Shown here piece by piece: positions 33,001 through 46,639 of a stretch of DNA of 64,000 nucleotides (the first letter of the stretch is position 1; every line of letters starts with the position of its first letter). The notes below the pieces were generated by a model, which saw nothing but the letters and a program-made list of their open reading frames with translations, was not told the DNA's origin and ran no database searches. Both the position numbers and the translations under genes were made by a program. This DNA is from Macrostomum hystrix. Taxonomy: Eukaryota > Animalia > Platyhelminthes. The stretch covers positions 10,726,001 through 10,790,000 of the forward strand of contig CATNEN010000003.1 of the NCBI GenBank assembly GCA_950097015.1. The letters are read 5' to 3'.

Positions 33001-36000
33001 CTTTTGGTAGAAATGACGTCAGCTTTTGGTAGAAATGACGTCAGCTTTTGGTAGAAATAAAGTCAGCTTTTGCTAGAAATGACGTCAGATGTTAGTAGAA
33101 ATGACGTCAGCTTTTGGTAGAAATGACGTCAGCTTTTGGTAGAAATGACGTCAGCTTTTGGTAGACATGAAGTCAGATTATAGTAGAAATGACGTCAGCT
33201 TTTGGTAGAAATGACGTCAGATTTTAGTAGAAATGACGTCAGCTTTTGGTAGAAACGGCGTCAGCTTTTGGTAGAAATGACGTCAGCTTTTGGTAGAAAT
33301 GACGTCAGCTTTTGGTAGAAATGAAGTCAGATTTTAGTAGAAATGACTTGCTAAACTACGCTCGTATCTCTCCAAAAGTTTTTTACACCAGGATAAATAT
33401 TTTTTACCTTAATCCTATGACATATGCCAAAACTTTCAGGCCTCGGCCAGAATCGCTCAGACAATTTTTGAAAACCCCACATTGATCAATCGAGAATGCA
33501 GAGTGACAGATGACATGCTGAGGTACAGCTCGATAGACAGAACCGCTGCGTCAGAATGTCAGGTGGTGAGTTGCAGCCACTGCCTCTGTCAGTATGTCAG
33601 AATATAATCTGTGTCAGCTCGTATATAAAGAAATATTTCTCAGATCCATCTAGAGAAATACTTGTCAGATCTATCTAGAGAAATACTTTTCAGATGTATA
33701 TAGAGCAGTTCTTGTCAGATCTACGTAGATAAATTATTGTTAGATCTATCTAGAGAAGTTCTTTTTAGATCTATCTAGAGAAGTTCTTTTTAGATCTATC
33801 TAGAGAAGTTCTTTTTAGATCTATCTAGAGAAGTTCTTGTCAGATCTATCTAGAGAAGTTCTTGTCAGATCTATCTAGAGAAGTTCTTGTCAGATCTATC
33901 TAGAGAAGTTCTTGTCAGATCTATCTAGAGAAGTTCTTGTCAGATCTATCTAGAGAAGTTCTTGTCAGATCTATCTAGAGAAGTTCTTGTCAGATCTATC
34001 TAGAGAAGTTCTTGTCAGATCTATCTAGAGAAATTATTGTCAGATCTATATCTATAGAAATACTTGTCAGATATATCTATAGAAATACTTGTCAAATCTA
34101 TCTAGAGAAGTTCTTGTCAGATCTATATCTATAGAAATACTTGTCAGATCTATATCTATAGAAATACTTGCCAGATCTATCTAGAGAAGTTCTTGTCAGA
34201 TCTATATCTATAGAAATACTTGTCAGATCTATATCTATAGAAATACTTGCCAGATCTATATCTATAGAAATACTTGTCAGATCTATATCTATAGAAATAC
34301 TTGCCAGATCTATCTAGAGAAGTTCTTGTCAGATCTATATCTATAGAAATACTTGTCAGATCTATATCTATAGAAATACTTGCCAGATCTATCTAGAGAA
34401 GTTCTTGTCAGATCTATATCTATAGAAATACTTGTCAGATCTATATCTAGAGAAATACTTGCCAGATCTATCTAAAGAAGTTCTTGTCAGATCTATATCT
34501 ATAGAAATACTTGTCAGATCTATATCTATAGAAATACTTGCCAGATCTATCTAGAGAAGTTCTTGTCAGATCTATATCTATAGAAATACTTGTCAGATCT
34601 ATATCTATAGAAATACTTGTCAGATCTATCTAGAGAAGTTCTTGTCAGATCTATATCTATAGAAATACTTGTCAGATCTATATCTATAGAAATACTTGCC
34701 AGATCTATCTAGAGAAGTTCTTGTCAGATCTATATCTATAGAAATACTTGTCAGATCTATATCTATAGAAATACTTGCCAGATCTATCTAGAGAAGTTCT
34801 TGTCAGATCTATATCTATAGAAATACTTGTCAGATCTATATCTATAGAAATACTTGTCAGATCTATATCTATAGAAATACTTGTCAGATCTATATCTATA
34901 GAAATACTTGCCAGATCTATCTAGAGAAGTTCTCGTCAGATCTATATCTATAGAAATACTTGTCAGATCTATATCTATAGAAATACTTGCCAGATCTATA
35001 TCTATAGAAATACTTGTCAGATCTATATCTATAGAAATACTTGCCAGATCTATCTAGAGAAGTTCTTGTCAGATCTATATCTATAGAAATACTTGTCAGA
35101 TCTATATCTATAGAAATACTTGCCAGATCTATCTAGAGAAGTTCTTGTCAGATCTATATCTATAGAAATACTTGTCAGATCTATATCTATAGAAATACTT
35201 GCCAGATCTATCTAGAGAAGTTCTTGTCAGATCTATATCTATAGAAATACTTGTCAGATCTATATCTATAGAAATACTTGCCAGATCTATCTAGAGAAGT
35301 TCTTGTCAGATCTATATCTATAGAAATACTTGTCAGATCTATATCTATAGAAATACTTGCCAGATCTATCTAGAGAAGTTCTTGTCAGATCTATATCTAT
35401 AGAAATACTTGTCAGATCTATATCTATAGAAATACTTGTCAGATCTATCTAGAGAAGTTCTTGTCAGATCTATCTAGAGAAGTTCTTGTCAGATCTATAT
35501 CTATAGAAATACTTGTCAGATCTATCTAGAGAAATTATTGTCAGATCTATCTATAGAAATACTTGCCAGATCTACGTAGAGAAATTCTGATGGAATCCTA
35601 AGTAAAAATTGTTTTGGTTGGCTTAAAAGGCAGTTTTGCAACGGGTACCCCGCCAACAGACCAAAGGGTGTGGGGTTGTCGGTGTTCTGTTTTCGAACAT
35701 GTGTCAAGCATATGCTTTGCCACTGGCCAGTTGAAAGGGGAAAATAGCAAATTTGAATCTGTTTATAAAACTTTTTCTGCCAGTATTTGGAATTTTTTTC
35801 AGCAAAAATGAAAAATTCCCGCCTTGTGGCTGACGAGTTTTTATCCATCAATACTTTTTGGCTTTTGGCACCGGACCTTTTCACAGCTCTACATTCACAT
35901 TGACATTCTGACATTCACACTCTCACGATCTCTCTAGTTCACACCCTCACTCTCTCTCTAATTCACACTCTCTCTCTAATTCACACTCTCTCTCTAATTC

Positions 36001-38405
36001 ACACTCTCTCTAATTCACACTCTCTCTCTAATTCACACCCTCACTCTCTCTCTAACTCACACCCTCACTCTCTCTCTAACTCACACCCTCACTCTCTCTC
36101 TAACTGACACCCTCACTCTCTCTCTAACTCACACCCTCACTCTCTCTCTAACTCACACCCTCACTCTCTCTCTAACTCACACCCTCACTCTCTCTCTAAT
36201 TCACACCCTCACTCTCTCTCTAACTGACACCCTCACTCTCTCTCTAACTCACACCCTCACTCTCTCTCTAACTCACACCCTCACTCTCTCTCTAACTCAC
36301 ACCCTCACTCTCTCTCTAATTCACACCCTCACTCTCTCTCTAACTCATACCCTCACTCTCTCTCTAACTCACACCCTCACTCTCTCTCTAACTGACACCC
36401 TCACTCTCTCTCTAACTCACACCCTCACTCTCTCTCTAACTCACACCCTCACTCTCTCTCTAACTCATACCCTCACTCTCTCTCTAACTCACACCCTCAC
36501 TCTCTCTCTAACTCATACCCTCACTCTCTCTCTAACTCATACCCTCACTCTCTCTCTAACTCATACCCTCACTCTCTCTCTAATAGACACTCTCTCTATT
36601 TCTCTCACATTTACACTGTCACCCTCCCTCTCGCACTTCATTCTATCTGCCCACCCCCATGCAGAATTATGCCAGTAAATGCAGGGTCCCAATGGCATTC
36701 CTAAATTTACTCCCGCTAGATTCGTGATTTGTGCAGCCCCGGGCCACCGAAGGTCATACTAACATGTGCATTTTTTCTAATCTTCTGTCTAAAATTTTCT
36801 TTCGCAGCGCTCGCTATCAGCCAAAACCGGATAATAAAAAGTGACATTTTTTATGAGTGAAAAATAAGAAATATATATATATTGGCTTGGCAATGGCTAA
36901 CACATGGAATATAAATAATGGGGGGCATTGTTGCGACCCTCCGACTCGAGCGAAAGTAATTTCGCCGCCGTATAATCCAACGCCTTCACTATGCGCCAGA
37001 TAGTTTGACGACACCATCAGTTGGAACACAGCATCGGCATATAGGGAGGACTGCGCGGAAATGATTTTTATTGTGCCTCGGGTCATGTAGGCTCCAACAT
37101 TTGCAGCCTATTTTTGCTGCACTAAATGTTACTGGCTGTACAATGCTGGGCTGCCACCAATCTAAACACCAATCAATCTGAATGCCTGTCTAAGTGTTTC
37201 AGACTATCGACTTACTAATCTACCCATCTAATCTACCCATCTGTCTGCCTATCTAACTACCTATCAAACTACCTATCTATGTACAAATCTATCTACGTAT
37301 CTAACTACTTATCTATCTACCCATCTGTCTACGTATCTAACTACTTATCTATCTACCCATCTATATACGTATCTAACTATTTATCTCTATCTACCCATCT
37401 ATCTGCGTATCTAACTATTTATCTATCTACCCATCTATCTGCGTATCTAACTACTTATCTATCTACCCATCTATATACGTATCTAATTACTTATCTATCT
37501 ACTAATCTATATACGTATCTAACTACTTATCTATCTACCCATCTATCTGCGTATCTAACTATTTATCTATCTACCCATCTATCTGCGTATCTAACTACTT
37601 ATCTATCTACCCATCTATATACGTATCTAATTACTTATCTATCTACTAATCTATATACGTATCTAACTACTTATCTATCTACCCATCTATCTGCGTATCT
37701 AACTACTTATCTATGGACAAATCTATCTAGGTTATCGATCTACCCATCTATCTGCCCATCTATTTACCAATCTAACTACCAATGTTTCAATTAGTACATG
37801 TACCCATCTAGCTACCTATCTAACTACTTATCTATCTACTAATCCAACTGACCATCTTCTTATCTATTTATCCACCCATATATTTAGATATAAATCCCTA
37901 GTTAAGCAGTGTAAATGTATTCGTAAAGATAATTTTGAAAATATTTAACTAGCAAGCTGAGTTGAAACACACGGTTAGCTGACGAAAGATTAACAGCGGG
38001 GTAAGCCAAAACTAGGCATTGTGTATGCATTATCTCAGGCCGTTTTTTAACAAAGTTTCATTGCTAGGAGAAGCTGTTTCTATATAGTCACCTGTCCAGG
38101 TCCTGATGGTTCTGCTGCAGCATTGCTGCTTTCATTTTATTGCTGCTTTCGGTACATTAGCAGCAAGACAAAAGCTTAATGACAGACAGAAAGGCATTCT
38201 GAGGCATTCTTAGCCTTCAAAACCAAATGGCAGTTCGTGTTATTCTTCGAAGCTAAAAGATTTGCCACTGGCTAAAAGTGCACATGAATGTACTTAAGGT
38301 GTAACATTTCGATTGGATATATAAATGAACAGTGTGACTCTGCAATTTAAAATGTAAAGATTAAATTTTTATTTTAATAGATAGATAGATAGGTAGATAG
38401 ATAGG

Positions 38406-38460
<55 letters not shown>

Positions 38461-38461
38461 G

Positions 38462-38530
<69 letters not shown>

Positions 38531-38532
38531 TA

Positions 38533-38619
<87 letters not shown>

Positions 38620-41600
38620 AATTGATTGACTGATTGATTGATTGATTGATTGATTGATACATAGAATTGTCCTCGCATTTCAGTGCGTATACACCTGCAC
38701 GAGCTACCTGATGCCATCAAGCCGTATCAACAGTACCCTCGAGCCCAACTGCTCCACATTCTGTCAGTCAGTCAAGCTGGTTCACTCATTCGAACCAACT
38801 TCCTGCAGACAGGCTTGCGAATTTCTAATCAGCGTCTTTGACAAACAGTTCAGAATTGGAGGTGAGATAGCTCAGCTGTCTCCACCGCCGCCGCCACGGC
38901 CGGCAAGCATACTTCAAGCTACAGGCGCGACAGCAATCCTTCTAGACTGGTCAGCCGGTTACAATCTGTCAGCGGCATCACCAAATCATGATCCAATTGT
39001 GTTCCTAGTTCAAATGTTGGTAAATAGTACAGTAGATGAGGAGGCTGATCGTTCAATCAACTCTGAAATCGTTTGGCAAAGTCTGGCATTTACAACCTTG
39101 CTGAACGTGCGTCTGAACGATCTGCCAGGTCACAGCCGGTACAGGTTTCGCGTGGCCTCCGTGCTGGCATCTGGCGCCATAGCCTATTCAGCCGCTTCCG
39201 AAGAGTTGGAGCTGGCAGCAGCACCGCAGGCGGAAGCATCGCCAGCTGGCGGTGGCTCGGAGACTAGTCGTCGAGTTATTCAAAGACTAACGGAGAGCGG
39301 TTCAGCGCTACGGGAGTGTTCAATAGGCAGTCCAGAGCTGATCGAGAGCCAGTTTTGCGTTGATGTTCTTGTTCAGTGGCTAGTGTCGAGACGAAGAATC
39401 AATATTAGAGAGCTCGAGGTGAGAACACCTTTATTAGTATCTGAGCATTTCAGTTCTAACGTAGATTAGGGATAATTTTCAGTAATATTAAATATTGCTG
39501 GAGGGCTGTGGGCAATGGCACATAAATTGAGGCAATTCTGCTCATTTCGCTGACTCCTGAGCACACACTCACACAGCTGTGTTACATCTGCCCTGACTTT
39601 CTCATCGTCAGGCAGTGTACACTCTCACTGTGTACACTCTCACTGTGCCTTGGAGGTTGGCCCTCAAAGGTGTAAATTGCACGACAAGCCCCCAAGCCTT
39701 CTCTCCCGACTTCTAACCGCTTTGGATTTGGATTTGGAAGGACTCATCGACATTCCACTGAAAGATCTGGAAGGACTCATCGATATTCCACTGAAGGATC
39801 TGGAAGGACTCATCGACATTCCACTGAAGGATCTGGAAGGACTCATCGATATTCCACTGAAGGATCTGGAAGGAGTCATCGATATTCCACTGAAGGATCT
39901 GGAGGGACTCATCGATATTCCACTGAAGGATCTGGAAGGACTCATCGATATTCCATTGAAGGATCTGGAAGGACTCATCGACATTCCACTGAAGGATCTG
40001 GAAGGACTCATCGACATTCCACTGAAGGATCTGGAAGGACACATCGACATTCCACTGAAGGATCTGGAAGGAGTCATCGATATTCCACTGAAGGATCTGG
40101 AAAGAGTCATCGATATTCCACTGAAGGATCTGGAAGGACTCATCGATATTCCACTGAAGGATCTGGAAAGGAGTCATCGATATTCCACTGAAGGATCTGG
40201 AAAGAGTCATCGATATTCCACTGAAGGCTCTGGAAGGACTCATCGATATTCCATTGAAGGATCTGGAAGGACTCATCGACATTCAACTGAAGGATCTGGA
40301 AGGAGTCAGCGATATTCCACTGAAGGCTCTGGAAGGACTCATCGACATTCAACTGAAGGATCTGGAAGGAATCTCCCAATATTTTGTAAAGCTCTGATAG
40401 ATTCGACAAATATAACTGATCTTGAATTAAGCGGTAAACTAGTTTTCGGATAGCCATTCTGTAGTCATTAAAAGGAAGCAAAAAAATTCTTTAAATAATT
40501 TCAGCCCAGCAAAGAGGCGAAATTGGGCACTTGAGCACGTCTGCAAATATTGGCGAACTGCTTGAGACTTTTGTTAATTGTTTCGCAGCTTTTATTTGCT
40601 CGTAGCATCTCATGCGCAGCGAATGAAATGCAAACAGGCACACATGCTTCGGGTAGTATCAAGAAACGGAATTACAGCCATACGTCTTTGTGTTTTTTTT
40701 GCAGATTTCTTGGTCGGCATTGCATAGCCATGACAGCCAGCCGACTGGGCTCGTTATGAAACAGTTGCTAGCGAAAGTGAGTTGGGCATGCATTTTTTCT
40801 GTAGATTTCTGTAGATTTCTGTAGATAGATAAAGTAGTTAAACAGTTAGATTTATTATATTCTCACAAAGATTTACTTGATTGACATGAAGATTTAGTAT
40901 ATTTATTACAGCTTTTGTATATTGTAAAGTAGATAAAGTAGATTTTCGGTAGACTAAATAGACTGGTCGTAAATAATGGTTAGGAAAATTATTACTAACT
41001 TATGAACTATTTTTTAAGGTACAATTTAATTTCAGACCAAAAGTGAGTTTCTGATACTCGGCCTAAGACCAGCAACCAACTATTTAGTTAAGGTAAGTTG
41101 GCAATTAAGCATGCACCAAAAACAGACCAAAACTAACCGAAGTGTTACGCATATCGAAAACTGAAAATTTACTAAATTTTTACTGGCTTACTGGCTTTTT
41201 AGTCTTGCGTAAAAAATATTTTGTATCCGAGGCACATCTATTCAAAGAGTAAAAGCAAATGGAAAACGACAATGTCCCAGATTATAGTCACGGCGCTGTG
41301 AATTGGTGCGAAAATATGGTATCACATTCAGAGTTCCTAGGAGCAATAGGCACAAAATAGCAGAAACGGAAAGATCTGAAAACATAAAGTAGACTTTGAA
41401 ATCTAAGCTAAAAAATAGTCGAAGCGGGTCGCTACAAACAGTCACAACCATCACAACCATCTCATTGCCTCTCTCTGTGGTAGGGAATTGTTATTTTTCA
41501 CATATTGTGCACTGTGTGTGTTTCTATGTGTTTGTGTGCGTGTGTGTGTGACACCGCCCTGCAGATAAATCTGCGTATAGTTGTTGCAGTACCGACAATT

Positions 41601-42051
41601 TAAAGTATTTTAGTGCCAATAAAGGCGTTAAAACAAGATGGCAAAGTTAATAAAGCAAGGCCTGGATTTCCGCAGTGTTTGGTTATCCCCCAAGCGGGTG
41701 CTGCTGCTGCTGTTGTTTTGCTAAGTTTTTTTTATTTTACTTCTGTTTCATTTTTCCCAATATTCGATAGGACAGATTTAGTTTATGCAGATGCGAAATT
41801 CAAGCAATTAAACTACTTCTCGGCTTAAAATATTACCTGATTAGATGGAAAGATAGAATATGGTGACTGTGCAATAGAGAAGAGACTGAAAAACCTCAGA
41901 GACAAATTCAAGAATAAAAAAACACAGAGACAGACAGACAATCAGACAGACAGACAGACAGGTAGTTTCAGAGGCAGACAGAAAGACAGACAGAAAGACA
42001 GAGAGACAGACAGAAAGACAGACAGAAAGACAGAGAGACAGGCAGACAGAC

Positions 42052-42110
<59 letters not shown>

Positions 42111-42135
42111 GAGATAGACAGACAGAGTGACAGGC

Positions 42136-42186
<51 letters not shown>

Positions 42187-42203
42187 AAGACAGAGTGACA
42201 GGC

Positions 42204-42246
<43 letters not shown>

Positions 42247-42263
42247 AAGACAGAGTGACAGGC

Positions 42264-42302
<39 letters not shown>

Positions 42303-42399
42303 AAGACAGAGTGACAGGCAGACAGACAGACAGACAGACAGAAAGACAGAGTGACAGGCAGACAGACAGACAGACAGACAGAAAGACAGAGAGACAGGC

Positions 42400-42452
<53 letters not shown>

Positions 42453-42459
42453 CAATGAC

Positions 42460-42518
<59 letters not shown>

Positions 42519-42727
42519 AAGACAGAGTGACAGGCAGACAGACAGACAGACAGACAGAAAGACAGACAGACAGACAGACAGAAAGACAGAGTGACAGGCA
42601 GACAGACAGACAGACAGACAGAAAGACAGAGTGACAGGCAGACAGACAGACAGACAGACAGAAAGACAGAGAGACAGGCAGACAGACAGACAGACAGATA
42701 GACAGACAGACAGACAGACACAATGAC

Positions 42728-42794
<67 letters not shown>

Positions 42795-45700
42795 GAGACA
42801 GAGGCAGACGGAGACATGTAATAACTGTCTTATATTTCTCGCTGCAGGTGACGGCAATAATGTCGGAGGAGGAGTCTGAGAACGGTCGGCAGCAACACAC
42901 TCTACAGTCGCACGAGTCAATAATTGTTAAAACAATGACTGTGCCTAGAGTTCTGTCGCAAAGGGGTAGGTTTCCTAAAATAAAATAAAAAACTGTAGGC
43001 CCGAAACAGAAAGAATAAAGTGATTTAAACTCTTCAACTTTTAATTCTAGAAAATCTCACGAACACGTCGATGACAACTCGACCAATAGTTCAGCACGCA
43101 GATGAGACAACTCAAATTGATAACGAATGCTCGTGCAGCGACAAGCAAGAAGCTTCCGAACTTGTTGTCAAGCAGCCTTATTATGAGAATGGCCAGTTAA
43201 AAGTGCTCATTATGTGGTCGAGCTCGTCCTTCGGTGAGACAATACAATGCGACGATTAATCTCAAATCCTCACCTGGATAAGAAATCCCAAAATCCTCAC
43301 CTGGATAAGAAATCCCTAAATCCTCACCTGAATAGCAAATCCCTAAATCCTCACCTGGATAATAAATCCCAAAATCCTCGGCTGGATAAGAAATCAATAA
43401 ATCCTCACCTTAATAAGAAATCCCAAAATCCTCACCTTAATAAGAAATCCCAAAATCGTCACCTGAATAGCAAATCCCTAAATCCTCACCTGAATAAGAA
43501 ATCCCTAAATCCTCACCTGAATAGCAAATCCCTAAATCCTCACCTGAATAAGAAATCCCTATATCCTCACTTCGAAAAAATCCGTAAATCCTTACCTTGC
43601 AATGAAATTTCTGCATCCTGAACTGAAATCCCTAAATCCTTACCACTTTTATAAGAAATCCCCGAATCCTCACCACTTTAGTAAGAAATCCCCGAATCCT
43701 CGCCACTTTAGTAAGAAATCCCCGAATCCTCGCCACTTTAGTAAGAAATCCCCGAATCTTCACCACTTTAGTAAGAAATCCCCGAATCCTCACCACTTTT
43801 ATAAGAAATCCCCGAATCCTCACCACTTTAGTAAGAAATCCCCGAATCCTCGCCACTTTAGTAAGAAATCCACGAATCCTCACCACTTTAGTAAGAAATC
43901 CCCGAATCCTCGCCACTTTAGTAAGAAATCCCCGAATCCTCACCACTTTAGTAAGAAATCCCCGAATCCTCACCACTTTAGTAAGAAATCCCCGAATCTC
44001 TTTTATTTTATTTGTTGCCAGTCAGTGGCAGTCCAGAGTCCGCAGAGTTGGTCAACATATTCTCAATTCGTTGGAGGCGGAAGGTCTGCATTGAAGCCAA
44101 CGATAAACAAAATGAAACCCGACAGACAATTGTCTATGTAAGTTATCCGCGTGCATGTACTCCCAGTCCGTGGACTGAAAAAATTTACGCAGCCTTTGGA
44201 ACAAAAAAATTCATTGCAGAACAGACTAATGCTGACCATTGCTGGCTTGCAGTACTATTGTCATTATTCGCTGCAGCTAACAGGACTAACAGATAGCGGT
44301 CAAAGCAAATTTACCTGGAATACCTGCTTCTGCACTGGCAGCTGCAAGGAGACGCCAATTAAGGGCAAACAACTGCCTCGCTGTGATTTTTATGGTAATG
44401 TCATCTATTATCTGGCGTACAAAAGCTATATTGTTAGATATAAATCACAACTGATATGGGGCACATAGCTTTCCAAGAACACTTCAGACAGTCTGACTAG
44501 AACTTAGCATTTCCAAAAGAGGAATGAAAAAATGAATGTAATCCCTTGTGAGGATTGAGGATCTGCTTAACTGGATTTAGATAATCCCATATAACAGTCC
44601 TATAATAATAATAATTGCAGGATGGCTGCGGGCAATGGCACATCATTTGGTGACACTAGACCCGCAGCCAGCGAGGAGGCAATTCTGCACATTTCGCTGA
44701 CCCCTGAGCACACACGCACACAGATACCGTACGCAGGCACACGCTCACACAGGTGTGTACATCTGCCCTGACTTTCTCATCGTCAGGCAGTGTACACTCT
44801 CACTGTGCCTTTGAGGTTGGCCGTTCAAGGGCGTAAATTGCTGGCCTCACCGTGGAATCGAACTTAGGGACCTTGGTGCGAGAGGCAAACGCGATAGCCG
44901 CTCTTCCACCGACCCACCCATAACAATCCTAAGAAAATTCGATGCAAACCTAGGATTTCCTAAAGAAGAAGGTTTAGACGATCCCTCATGACTATCCAGT
45001 TCTCCTAAAGGTTTTAGATAATCCCTTACGAGAATCAAGAATATCTAACAACTAAAAACTAAACTTAAAAACTTTATTTACGATTTTTAATAATTCCGAT
45101 AAACTCATTAAACACCGTCTGTTGCAGAAGTGGCACGGGTTATGCAACCGCCAATCCATCTGAAAGTGTTTGTGGCGCAATCGATGGCCCGATTATCTTG
45201 GTCCGCGCCGGATTATCCCCCAATGCGATTTATTCGAGGCTTCAAGATTCAATGGGGGCCGCGAGAGCCGGAGGAAGTTCAGCCGGATGCTTATTCGGTT
45301 GGAGGCCTCATGCCACGAGTGAGACAGCAGCTTGCTGGTGGTCTTTTAGAGGGAAAATCACGTGTTCGCATCGGAGATACCGATGCCAAAACATCACGTG
45401 AGCAGTATTGGAGAAACACATGCCAAAACATCACGTGACCAGTATAGAAGACACAGATACCAAAACATCACGTGACCAGTATAGAAGACACAGATACCAA
45501 AACATCACGTGTGCAGAATTGGAGACACAGATGCAAAAACATCACGTGACCAGTATTGGAGAAACACATGCCAAAACATCACGTGACCAGTATAGAAGAC
45601 ACAGATACCAAAACATCACGTGACCAGTATAGAAGACACAGATACCAAAACACCACGTGACCAGTATAGGATACACAGATGCCAAAACATCACGTGACCA

Positions 45701-46502
45701 GTATTGGAGAAACACATGCCAAAACAGCACGTGACCAGTATAGAAGACACAGATGCCAAAACATCACGTGACCCGATAGGAGACACAGATGCCAAAACAT
45801 CACGTGACCCGATAGGAGGCACAGATACCAAAACATCACGTGACCCGATAGGAGACATAGATGTCAAAAAATCACGTGACCAGTATAGGAGACACAGATT
45901 TCAAAGCATCACGTGACCAGTATGGGAGACACAGATACCAAAACATCACGTGACCAGTATAGAGGACACAGATAACAAAACATCACGTGACCCGATAGGA
46001 GACATAGATGTCAAAAAATCACGTGACCAGTAAATACGAGACACAGATTTCAAAGCATCACGTGACCAGTATGGGAGACACAGATAAAACAAAACATTGA
46101 ATTTAAAGGATGTCAAATCGTGAAAAATTAGAAATATTTTAACTTCAGATAAGCCTCTCCAAAGCTCTGACGCGCATCGTTGAGTCAGGCGAGCGACAGT
46201 ACTTGCTGCACAGTCTACAACGCGGCACAGTGTACATAGTGAGCATTCAAACACTGTCTATATTTGGTAACAGTCGGCCAGCCGTTAGACACTTCAGCAC
46301 GCCCGCTCTAACCGACGGGGCGGCGGCTAGATCAAAGACAGCGTTGGATAGTAAAAATCAAATATTTCTATCGGACGGTGATCTAGTGCAAAAGTACATT
46401 ACGGGTGGCACGTGGAGCACTTCATCGATTGTGAATGTTGCTAAATTGCTTCAGGTACTAGCTGTTGCTGCTGCGATGGTTTTAGTCTGGTTGCCTGCTT
46501 AA
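30031..46502 (+). CDS. ANOS1: Anosmin-1/KAL1-like protein (signal peptide, Cys-rich box, 4 FN3, hydrophobic C-tail); exons 30031-30186, 33440-33565, 38684-39418, 40705-40776, 41036-41092, 42848-42965, 43051-43233, 44022-44137, 44220-44394, 45128-45318, 46149-46502; 760 aa
   Basis: All junctions GT-AG and phase-consistent (2283 nt). Motifs CTARC; ECQV|CVYTC; CSTFC; CRQACEFL; [11 protein letters not shown]; [11 protein letters not shown]; [14 protein letters not shown]; [11 protein letters not shown]; [17 protein letters not shown] match the anosmin pattern. Confidence 0.8.
30240..31760. repeat. 16-bp pyrimidine-rich minisatellite (TGTCTCATCTCTCCCC)n
   Basis: Tandem copies in anosmin-like intron 1. 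Confidence 0.95.
32500..33348. repeat. 22-bp minisatellite (GTAGAAATGACGTCAGCTTTTG)n
   Basis: About 38 copies, most carrying TGACGTCA. Confidence 0.95.
33630..35590. repeat. 25/27-bp palindrome-rich minisatellite with a recurring 79-bp higher-order unit
   Basis: CAGATCTATCTAGAGAAGTTCTTGT and CAGATCTATATCTATAGAAATACTTGT units. Confidence 0.95.
35915..36590. repeat. 24-bp minisatellite (ACCCTCACTCTCTCTCTAACTCAC)n
   Basis: Tandem copies. Confidence 0.95.
37215..37800. repeat. About 36-bp TATC-derived minisatellite
   Basis: CTATCTACCCATCTATCTGCGTATCTAACTACTTAT units. Confidence 0.9.
38378..38660. repeat. Compound microsatellite (TAGA)n(TTGA)n directly before an acceptor
   Basis: Direct reading. 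Confidence 0.97.
39485..39685 (-). mobile_element. 5'-truncated copy of the tRNA-derived SINE
   Basis: Shares GGGCAATGGCACAT...GAGGCAATTCTGC...CATCTGCCCTGACTTTCTCATCGTCAGGCAGTGTACACTCTCACTGTG with 44617-44840. Confidence 0.85.
39735..40370. repeat. 33-bp minisatellite (GGAAGGACTCATCGATATTCCACTGAAGGATCT)n
   Basis: About 19 copies, intronic. Confidence 0.95.
41925..42805. repeat. (GACA)n microsatellite with variants
   Basis: Direct reading. Confidence 0.97.
43260..43998. repeat. Adjacent related 27-bp and 30-bp minisatellites
   Basis: AAATCCCTAAATCCTCACCTGAATAAG units, then TAAGAAATCCCCGAATCCTCACCACTTTAG units. Confidence 0.92.
44603..44919 (-). mobile_element. Full-length tRNA-derived SINE with target-site duplication
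   Basis: On the minus strand: A-box-like TGGAAGAGCGG, B box GTTCGATTCC, (TTA)n tail; flanked by ATAACAGTCCTA (44591-44602) and ATAACAATCCTA (44920-44931). Confidence 0.88.
45355..46085. repeat. 36-37-bp minisatellite containing TCACGTGA
   Basis: AAAACATCACGTGACCAGTATAGAAGACACAGATACC units in the last anosmin-like intron. Confidence 0.95.
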
Positions 46503-46639
46503 ATTTCAGATTATTTTTTAACAACTCATTAAAAAAATTATTTGTTCCTTAAAAGTTGACAAACTTAAGCCTTTTTGTTCCACGAAGTGTCATATCTATC
46601 CCTATCAGATTTCTAGTTCCCAAATTATTGCTGCAAGGG

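Noticed and set aside
36671-37136. Possible MITE bounded by GCCAGTAA...TTACTGGC
   Set aside because: Only an 8-bp inverted match with no target-site duplication and no second copy in the window.
39650-40453. [11 protein letters not shown] repeat ORF (superficially LRR-like)
   Set aside because: An intronic 33-bp minisatellite with an internal frameshift; the anosmin-like exons splice around it in phase.
41841-42920. Cys/Leu/Ser/Val-rich ORFs
   Set aside because: (GACA)n microsatellite translations.
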